Assembly (NCBI GenBank): GCA_965644295.1
Contig: CBFFRP010000245.1
Span: forward strand, 1-9,381
Reading direction: 5' to 3'
DNA length: 9,381 nt
Source: Paraphysomonas bandaiensis
Taxonomy: Eukaryota; Protista; Chrysophyceae
Position 1 is the first letter of the stretch, and each line of letters begins with the position of its first letter. Position numbers and translations under genes: made by a program. A model generated the notes under the pieces. It was not told the DNA's origin and searched no databases. It saw nothing but the letters and a program-made list of their open reading frames with translations. Shown here in pieces: positions 1 through 7,625 of this stretch.

Positions 1-458
1 TATTCTACAAATCTTATCTTTAACAGCTACTATGTTTACAGTTTCTTTTAATAGCTTCTCCTATATTGTAGTCCTGTAGATTCTGTGTGTTATTGCTACA
101 TAGAATACAGGATGGCTACTAGCGACAGAATTCAACAAGCTTCAAGTAGGGGTTGCTTGCAGCTTAATATATTCCATTATATGATCTCAACAGTATATCG
201 TAGCACCTCAGAAACAAGTGCTGATTTCAAGAGAGCTGTTGCCTTTCCATAATCAATAATAGAAAAGTATGTAACTGAAAACGTGTTGCTTCGATTATTT
301 TTAATATTACTTCTCATAGGATCAGCAGTTTTCGCAAATTTAAATGCGCGACAGAGCACATACATCAGCAAAGTTACACTAGCATGAGCAAAAACAAAAC
401 GTAACGTTCCACATTCTACATAGAATTAGGAAATTAACAAGATTCCAGGCTCCATGAC

Positions 459-1101
459 TTACTGAGAAGAAGAAGACTTGGATCTCTTCGACTTCTTCAG
501 GAGGACAGCGTGGATATTCGGAATGACACCACCCTGAGGGATCGTGACGCTTCCAAGCAACCGATTCAGCTCCTCGTCATTACGAATGCCAAGCTGAATA
601 TGGCGAGGAATAATTCTTCTTTTCTTGTGGTCGCGAGCTGCATTTCCAGCGAGCTCTAAAATTTCAGCGGTCAGGTACTCCAAAACTGCAGCGAGGTAGA
701 GCGGAGCACCTATTTATAAACGCATGAACTAAACTAAAAAATATTATGTCACAATTGAAATACCTGTTCCCACACGGTTGGCATATTTTCCTTTCTTCAA
801 AAAGCGTCCAATTCTTGCAACAGGGAAGGTCAATCCAGCGCGCTCGCTCTTCGTCATATTTCTAATTGCAAATGAAATTTTACGATTGAAATTACAAAGA
901 AACATACTTCTTTCCCTTTCCACGGCCACCAGCGCCTGATCCGCCTCCCACAGAAGTTCTTTACAAGGATAAAAATACATTACACAGAGCGCAGTGGATG
1001 TATTAAATTAAGTGTTACCTGTGGACGGGACGAAGACCCTCTGCTGAGGCTGCTCCACGAAGATTAGTGGCTAGAGTAGTAGATCGCTCCTTCAAGGACA
1101 T
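459..1101 (-). CDS. H2A: Histone H2A, four exons: 1101-1019, 958-908, 861-764, 709-459; 160 aa
   Basis: Manual splicing gives one open frame of 483 nt: [160 protein letters not shown]. Classic H2A motifs: RAGLx[45 protein letters not shown]. All three intron phases are compatible. The ATG is preceded by A-rich CAACAACA. Exon 1 is less certain than exons 2-4. Confidence 0.96.
710..763 (-). other. H2A intron 3 (54 nt, phase 1)
   Basis: GTATTT...AAATAG; removal restores RVGTG|[11 protein letters not shown]. Confidence 0.95.
862..907 (-). other. H2A intron 2 (46 nt, phase 2)
   Basis: GTATGT...AATTAG; removal joins GGRGKGKK to [10 protein letters not shown], the expected H2A N-terminal tail. Confidence 0.9.
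959..1018 (-). other. H2A intron 1 (60 nt, phase 2, AAG acceptor)
   Basis: CAG|GTAACA...CCTTGTAAAG|; AT-rich between two GC-richer exons. Exon 2 has no in-frame ATG of its own, and this splice keeps the frame from ATG 1101. Confidence 0.8.
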
Positions 1102-1570
1102 TGTTGTTGATATTTATTGATACTATCAATACTTTCAAATTGATTTTGTAGGATGACAACAAACACCCTCGAGAGACACAGCGTGCATGTGTGTGTGTAG
1201 AGGAGTATGATCCGTGTGTGTCCAACACAATCAGTGTATAGGGCCATATACAGTCAGTATATGTAAAATTCGAATATCAAAAAAATGTATTGTAGACACT
1301 ACTGTATGTAGTATAGTACTGTATAACATATATGGAGATACAAGATACTGCTGTATACACATACCGAACTCACCCTCCATTAGCGTATACCGATGTATTC
1401 TCAAGTCTATATGAGATTTTGCTTGCCCTCATTCAGATGTGCGTGGTTGCTTGTACGGGAGAGTATCCGGCATTTCAGTCCTACCACACAAGTCCAGAAA
1501 AATGAATTCTGTTTTTTTGTATGGGAGTGTGTGTAGGAGGGGGTTGAAGTGGAGATATTCTGGTCTGCAG

Positions 1571-1610
1571 AATTCTGCGTTAATGTACGTGATTCTGCGT
1601 TAATGTACGT
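1571..1610. repeat. Two-copy 20-bp tandem repeat
   Basis: (a/g)ATTCTGCGTTAATGTACGT twice, 19 of 20 identical. Confidence 0.95.
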
Positions 1611-2774
1611 CCCTCTTAACGACCATATCGAGCGTATGGCTGCGTAAAAGTACTTATATATATTATATTCTTGTAGAGGACTCTTATTACTACTATGTGC
1701 CTTACTGACAATATCTACCGTGTGTAATCAGGTCAGTATTCCCAGTGAATATGCTAACGTCATGAAATAACAAATATGTTCCAGTGGCCACCATAAGGCG
1801 CGATGACAACACCTAACAACTGTTTAAGTCTCGATATTAGGCAGTCTAATATCCCCTACCTCTCATTGGGTGGCTTCATACTCCACTACGGTTGCCACAA
1901 AGGTGTCTGGTATTACACTTACCAGGGTCAGTCAGAGCAGTGTAAATTGATTGATGATAATTAGAATTGTTGTAGTTTCATAGAGATGTGCACAAACCGG
2001 TGATGGGGGAGTGCTTAATTCCTGTCAGTTGTTGTTTTTGCGATCCGAGCCAGGAAATGCATTGACTGTGGCCACTGCCTTCGAATTGATTGGCAATCGA
2101 AGCAAGCCTTTGTAGTGCTACAGTTGAGAGACGTGTTGATGCGTATGCCGAACGGCAATGTCAGTGATGCCGTCAAATTACTTTTTAATGTTTGCATGTG
2201 TTGAAACGTTAAATATCGGGATGTACCAAAACCTTCATAAGATCAATTAGAAGCATATATATCGAGAGGACAAAACAAGAGTTATTATTGATAGTGATCC
2301 AAGTCAAAAACTATCCAGTATCAAGAATTATAGTCCAAAGCTTCATGGAATGTACAACTTGTGAAAGGTTTAAACTTGGCACAAAGGTGTACATGAATTT
2401 CTAAATGAGAAAGCAAAGAAATTAACTTCGATTAGTTTGGATATATATATTTTTAGTAAGCCAATCTTGCCTATGATTATTATTTCCGTAATTAAGTGTT
2501 TGAATCATCGCTTGGGGGTGTTGAAGTGCTGTCCGAGAAAGTTTCCGGTAGTTTTAATATTTATAGATTTTGTAGTGCGTATGTATTGAGTTATATCCAC
2601 ACATTAAACTACAACCAACTCCACAATGGGGTAATAATATAATAAAAGCATACAGGGGTACTGAGGGGAGGTTGTAAGGCAATGAGGTAGCATACATGGG
2701 TGCCTTGGCTAGTGGCTATACCTAGGCAGTACGCAGAATTAGGAGAGAGGAGTGCATAATATTCAATTGTTATA

Positions 2775-2790
2775 ATATATATATATATAT
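2775..2790. repeat. (AT)n microsatellite
   Basis: About 8 uninterrupted AT units. Confidence 0.9.
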
Positions 2791-3289
2791 TTTCAAGATT
2801 ATAAAAGCATTATAGACATAGAATAGAGTGTACTTTGATGCTTTGGTTTCCTCTGGGGGCGATATGGGGGCTGATGGGGTGGTGCATGTAAGTGCTTGTG
2901 ATTGGGGTATAATGTACAATTAGTAGTTGGTGTGAAAAGAGTTTCCATACGTGTCAACATGTGTATAAAGCCAAAATATAGCTAAACATACAATGTTCAT
3001 ATTGTATACAATGTACTTGTCATGTTTTTCATCATCTGGAGGTCACCTAACAGCCTCTGGTGGTTGACATATAGAGGAGAACTATATCTGTATTGGAATA
3101 GTAAATTACAAGCTTATTATTATTATTTCTTGGGTTACCTGCTGTCACAGTATATATACTTATGATTTATATGTTTTTACGATATCTATGAAGGTGCACT
3201 CGGCTCAAGGGCTCACTGTGATGAATACTGGTGATATGCATATTAAGGGTGTGAGCGTGTGTCAATGTGTTTCAACTCTGTACATATTT

Positions 3290-3680
3290 TCATACTCTCA
3301 CTATAGAAAAGATAAACGTTATACGCTCTATGAGTATAAATATACATAGACTCCGTATATTTAAGTCAACTTTTGGCCTTCTACTGCTCTTCTTCTTCAT
3401 ACTTACCAGATCGCCTGCTTGCTCAATAAGATGCTTAATAACGACTGGAATAACCCACTTAATGATGCCACGAATAAACCTCGTCTTATCTTTCCTTTAA
3501 AGGGTTGTGACATTGCTGTCTTATGTCGATATTGTCTTGTAATTGTTGCTATCTTTTAATGTGTCTATCACGTCTTTTATCTCTTCCACAGATAGAGCTC
3601 CATTATTGGGGTAAACCGTATGCAATAAATTACCTTTTTTACATCTACCCTTTTCTGTAAAATGTGGAAGGTACCGTACT
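3290..3680 (-). pseudogene. Decayed coding relic of unknown product (possible 3' half of a gene split by the 3683-5883 element)
   Basis: Minus strand reads YGTFHILQKRVDVKKVIYCIRFTP, then in a shifted frame NNGALSVEEIKDVIDTLKDSNNYKTIST*DSNVTTL*RKDKTRFIRGIIKWVIPVVIKHLIEQAGDLVSMKKKSSRRPK. Protein-like composition but two stops and a probable frameshift; no family recognised. Confidence 0.35.
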
Positions 3681-3861
3681 CAAGCCCGCACCATAATGGT
3701 GTGGAACTATATAAGTGGTGATGATGAGTGACCAGTGGTATGTATGGTGTTGCTGGTGAGTAATAGATCCAGGGAGGTGGGTGTTGAAGGAGGAGCTCTC
3801 TCATCACAGCATGGTATCATACATACAGAACATAATAACAGCGAGAACATATCATAGTAGC

Positions 3862-4701
3862 ATGGAATCAACTACCACGGAATCAACTACCACGGAATCA
3901 ACTACCACGGAATCAACTACCACAGGGGGCATTAGAAAAGTCGGTGATGGGGAAACCAAAAATCGTAACTCCTCTGCGTTAGCTCAGTTTGCGAAGTACT
4001 TGGAGATGCGGTTCGACGGGAAGAAGAGGTATAAGGAACTCATAGACAGTGATATAAATGTAGAACTATTTCAATGTTTCGGTGGCTTTTTGATCGATCA
4101 CGCCGTCCATGGAACAACGAAGAAGCCTTTGACCCTAGGTACTGCTTGGCAGTATTTGTCAGACACGAAGACTGCGCTGACGAAGCGATTTAAAAGAAAT
4201 GAGTTATTAAGCAGCTCCAATGAGCTGTGGTACAAAGATGTGAGAGCGGCAGTATCAAAGCATATTATCAAGCGGTGTATCGCACAAGGAGTGCGTATAT
4301 CAGAGAAAACAAGTCCAGTGGGGAAAGAACTAATGAAGCGCATAGGTGAATACATTATACATCGGGCATCTGATTTCTCCGGTAAGTGGACATACTTCAC
4401 ATATCTATGATTTACTGTATACCCTATGGTAGACAACGTCAACAAACAGAAAAAACTAAATCGAGTATTGACTAAAGGACTCGGCCTATTGTACGATGAC
4501 GAGAAACGTTTTCTTGATGAGCCGAAACCCTGTATGGCAAGTCAGTCTACTTCGTACAGAGAATGGAAGAGTAATTTAAAATGCATAGCTGAAAAGGTTG
4601 AATTGCGTGTTATAATCAACCATTACAGCGTTCAGCATTTTATTATTCGACACAGTCTGATGTTAGTAATCTGTAGAATGCCTATATGTATTCATTTATA
4701 A
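3862..4701 (+). pseudogene. Spliced ORF (3862-4381 + 4433-4701, 262 aa) resembling an internally deleted Crypton-type (CryptonS-like) tyrosine recombinase
   Basis: A 51-nt intron, GTAAGT(4382)...GGTAG(4432), joins the two listed ORFs in frame (FS-D-NVNKQKK). Exon 1 (SALAQFAKYL...FQCFGGFL...LTLGTAWQYLSDTKTALTKRF...WYKDVR...KRCIAQG...KTSPVGKELMKRIGEYI) matches my recollection of the helical N-terminal core-binding region of stramenopile Crypton-like recombinases. No R...HxxR...Y catalytic motifs are present. The last 29 aa are read from the repeat array. Alternative in-frame ATG at 3811. Family call is from memory, not a search. Confidence 0.6.
3864..3923 (+). repeat. 15-bp coding minisatellite x4 encoding (ESTTT)4
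   Basis: GGAATCAACTACCAC four times, perfect, directly after ATG 3862. Confidence 0.98.
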
Positions 4702-5400
4702 CCACTCCATCAACTTTTTATAATGTACCCTTATAATTAATGATTCATTAGTAATTGGAATACATCGTATCATTATTTACAGAGCATACAACAGTATAAT
4801 CAACCATTACAGCGTGCAGCATTTTATTATTCGACACAGTCTGATGTTAGTAATCTGTAGAATGCCTATATGTATTCATTTATAACCACTCCATCAACTT
4901 TTTATACTGTACCCTTATAATTAATGATTCATTAGTAATTGGAATACATCGTATCATTATTTACAGAGCATACAACAGTATAATCAACCATCACAGCGTT
5001 CAGCATTTTATTATTCCACACCGTTCAGAATTCTTATCACATACAGCCATACTGCATACCCTTACACAACATGACACATATTCACTGCAAGATGGAACAG
5101 GGGCAGCCGGGCGCTTGTGTCGCTTAGGCATCCCTCTTGCACCGGTAAGTATAAACGTCATTGCGCCTACAACAGCATAATAAACCATCACAGCCTTCAG
5201 CATTTTATTATTCCACACCGTTCAGAATTCTTATCACATACAGCCATACTGCATACCCTTACACAACATGACACATATTCACTGCAAGATGGTACAGGGG
5301 CAGCCGGGCGCTTGTGTCGCTTAGGCATCCCTCTTGCACCGGTAAGTATAAACGTCATTGCGCCTACAACAGCATAATAAACCATGACAACATTCAGCAT
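4611..5400. repeat. Composite tandem array: 2 x 184-bp unit A, 2 x 197-bp unit B, with a shared ~45-bp core in 5 copies
   Basis: Units start at 4611, 4795, 4979, 5176 and 5373 (partial). The A copies differ at 2 positions and the B copies at 4. Shared core: (TACAACAG)YATAATMAACCATYACAGCSTTCAGCATTTTATTATTC. Confidence 0.97.
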
Positions 5401-5507
5401 CTCATATACCATCACACAACATAGTGCATGCATGATATACAGCCTTCTATTCCTTCAAATGTACCACTTCTCATCTCTCTGCATACCTGACACTTTAAAT
5501 AGGATGA

Positions 5508-5526
5508 TGGGAGCATGATGCTCCCA
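5508..5526. repeat. Perfect 9-bp-arm palindrome
   Basis: TGGGAGCAT-G-ATGCTCCCA. Confidence 0.9.
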
Positions 5527-5852
5527 CCTGGAATTCAATCATTGATATCCATATCATATCACTTCATACCATAATATACAGCCCTTCACAGTTCCTCTCC
5601 ATACAGCCTTATAAACCTCGTCCAGTAACTGCATATCTCATCTCACAGTTTCATGAAATAAGATGGTAGCAACATGTTATCACCTATCATTCAAGCACTC
5701 ATTAACGTGTATCTGCTGCATATGGCTGCCTCGTCATATTACTATATACATATACTCGATGCATGTGATATGATGCACTATGCTATGATGCACTCTGCTG
5801 ATTGGATCACTCGATGGGCGCACTTGCTGTGCGGCCTTTGTGTAAAAACAAG

Positions 5853-5883
5853 GGTGCGGGATCCCGCACCTGCGGTGCGGGCT
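5853..5883. repeat. Triple alternating GGTGCGGG/CCCGCACC motif (overlapping palindromes)
   Basis: GGTGCGGGATCCCGCACC (perfect 18-bp palindrome, 5853-5870) overlaps CCCGCACC-TGC-GGTGCGGG (5863-5881). Confidence 0.95.
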
Positions 5884-6120
5884 AAATAATTTTTCTTCCA
5901 AGATGCCTCTAATATTGAGACAACCATTATATGTATTCCATCCGTAGTTGTACTTCAGTAATATAGAAGTTTTCTGCTTCAATTCTTTTCCGAAACATTT
6001 TTCTATATCCAGAGTCAGTCCATTAGACTGGAATATTTCAATGATGTGTTGTCTTGAAACTGCACTCATCTACCTCTATATTCATGTCTTCAGAATTAAA
6101 TTCAGATAGCGCATTATTAT
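5884..6120 (-). pseudogene. Coding relic of unknown product (possible 5' half of the split gene)
   Basis: RQHIIEIFQSNGLTLDIEKCFGKELKQKTSILLKYNYGWNTYNGCLNIRGILEEKLF is protein-like and turns into SPHRRCGIPHPC exactly at the palindromic end (5883). An upstream shifted frame reads NNALSEFNSEDMNIEVDECSF. Confidence 0.4.
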
Positions 6121-6299
6121 ATTAAAGCTCTTTATACGACATCCTTCATCTTAATGTTTTGAGCTGTAGTTGTCCCTACAGACCACAGACAAAGAAGGTA
6201 GCCACATTAAATCACTGTAAAGTTTGTGTGTAACATTATTTGTCTAATGGTCTTGCTGTAGTTGTTGATGTATCATCGTATGTTAGAGTGGGGTATGTG

Positions 6300-6870
6300 A
6301 GGTCGACACATCAACCTGCATATATTACACACGATATCTTGTATCAGCCGGTCCGAGTGCACAACATACTCGGTGACAGGAACCGAATGCATAGTGCTAT
6401 TGAATGTATCGCTGTTTTCCCGACATTACAGTGGAATACTACCATATGGTTCATCTATCGGCATTGGGTCATAGTGCACGTTCCAACTTCGTCGCCGACT
6501 TCAACAGATGTGCACCTTCTACTGTCGGTGTCAAGTGGTATGATGAAGCTAACTGGATCACTGACTACCTCATGAACCTCATCTACAAGATCTGTTCTCA
6601 TATACAAGGCCTGTAGGCAGTTGAGTGCTCTGTACGAAGTGGTCCTGGTACCTGGTGCGTCGGACCGGTCCAGTCACGGAGGGGAGACTTGGATATTCAA
6701 TCTGAACGCCAGTGCAATGAGGTAGATCTACAAGAAAATTAACCTCCCGAATGCATAATTACTCTTTCTATAACCCTGGATGCATTCTATGTCCCTATTA
6801 CCCTGGCCTCATTCATAGAGAGCATTTTTCATCAGGAAAATCACCTTATGTTTCTCCAGTATATGAGGTA
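6300..6870 (+). pseudogene. Frameshifted coding relic with C-rich third codon positions, product unknown
   Basis: Higher GC than flanks; codon runs such as AAC TTC GTC GCC GAC TTC AAC and GAC TAC CTC ATG AAC CTC ATC TAC AAG ATC. Reads LSALGHSARSNFVADFNRCAPSTVGVKWYDEANWITDYLMNLIYKIC, then shifted YKACRQLSALYEVVLVPGASDRSSHGGETWIFNLNASAMR*IYKKINLPN. Boundaries approximate. Confidence 0.45.
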
Positions 6871-7392
6871 AGGAGTACTATTACGTATCCTACTATGCAG
6901 TAACCCCTTAGTGCTCTGCCAGCTAAGGGTATTACATGTCATATCAGCAATTCAGCTGCTGTATTTGCTTGCCTGGGGGTATCCATGACAGGGGCACCCA
7001 AAACTGTAAATTCTCGAGTCAATGCCGGATTGGAGAGCATCTTCTAGTAGAACCGTCGATGGGTAATAATTGTCAACTAATTGCAATGACAATAATTGGA
7101 TGCTTGATTAATGATTGCAAGTATTATTTATTGTTTTTCAAGCCCTGAGTTGCAATATTGTAATATTATAACGTCACATTACTTATTAGCATTATAACAA
7201 ATCATCAATGTACTAGCTTGCTAATAAGCTACTAAGTAGCTGTAGAGTTGTATAGCTCTATGTGTTACAAATAATATATAGTTTAGGTGTAAATGAAGAT
7301 AAAGATCTAATTAGCGTCGTATATATGGAGAAGAAAAAAAAACGAATAACTTCAAAAAAACGAAATAAGATTTAAGGTCAGTCTTGATATTA

Positions 7393-7625
7393 TGTAAGGA
7401 TATACTTGATATTATTATAGATAAAGATTGAACAAAAAGGCCTAATAGTATTATAGCAAGACACGTTTGAGCAGGGCGTTAGCACCACACATGTGCGTAT
7501 CTTGTACAGTCGCGTATCATGTATAGTTTGGTAATTATTCAGTCTATTTGGTATTTCATTGTATACGTGTGTTGTATTGCTAATTAACGCGTTAAGGGAT
7601 ATACGTGAATCAATGACTCCCAATA
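7393..7625 (-). repeat. Probable 3' LTR (~233 bp)
   Basis: Begins directly after the PPT with TATTGGGA. Best candidate end is ...ATATCCTTACA at 7393, an imperfect inverted match (TGTAAGGA vs TATTGGGA). The 5' LTR is outside the window, so the distal end cannot be verified. Confidence 0.6.

Larger units (their letters stand above)
3683..5883 (+). mobile_element. Candidate non-autonomous DNA element (~2.2 kb) with inverted, palindromic ends, carrying a tyrosine-recombinase-derived ORF
   Basis: AGCCCGCACC (3683-3692) is the exact reverse complement of GGTGCGGGCT (5874-5883). At both ends the arm is followed inward by an inverted second arm (left GGTGTGGAA, right GGTGCGGGA). If the ends are 3684/5882, the flanks are CAA and TAA. 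Interior: recombinase-like ORF plus repeat array. Confidence 0.55.

Noticed and set aside
112-371. Short ORFs at the window start (minus 177-371; plus ~46 codons from ATG 112)
   Set aside because: No recognisable motifs; the plus one might be a terminal exon of an upstream gene but cannot be supported.
459-470. Calling the histone H2A.X
   Set aside because: Ends in SQ only; I found no downstream acceptor in the window that would complete SQ[E/D][Y/F/L].
744-980. 78-aa ORF as a separate gene
   Set aside because: It is H2A exon 3 read through flanking introns.
1214-3260. ORFs 1214-1414 and 2015-2197, a possible relic near 2220-2440, and recurring GG(TG)TTGAAG words at ~1542, 2516 and 3779
   Set aside because: No family motifs, composition typical of decayed non-coding DNA, and short matches of this length are expected by chance.
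3267-4445. ORFs 3267-3500 (+) and 4098-4445 (-)
   Set aside because: Antisense shadows of the better-supported opposite-strand frames.
4979-5372. Spliced-leader RNA tandem genes (repeat unit with a GTAAGT donor)
   Set aside because: No match to any leader sequence I know and no clear Sm site; only two copies, inside a putative transposon.
4611-5400. CRISPR array
   Set aside because: Eukaryotic context, no cas genes, inserts are ~140-150 bp and duplicated, and the core is not palindromic.
5000-5433. Cys-rich ORFs 5000-5218, 5117-5377 and 5197-5433 as small proteins
   Set aside because: They are translations of the B repeat; Cys/Val/His richness follows from CA/TG-rich sequence.
1465-7030. 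10-bp inverted matches (1465-1474 vs 7021-7030; 1571-1580 vs 2731-2740)
   Set aside because: They do not extend and have no supporting structure; expected by chance in a window this size.
6989-7147. Small hAT-like MITE (CAGGGGCACCCAAAACT ... TTTTTCAAGCCCTG)
   Set aside because: Ends match only over CAGGG and the 8-bp flanks (ATCCATGA vs AGTTGCAA) are not duplicated.
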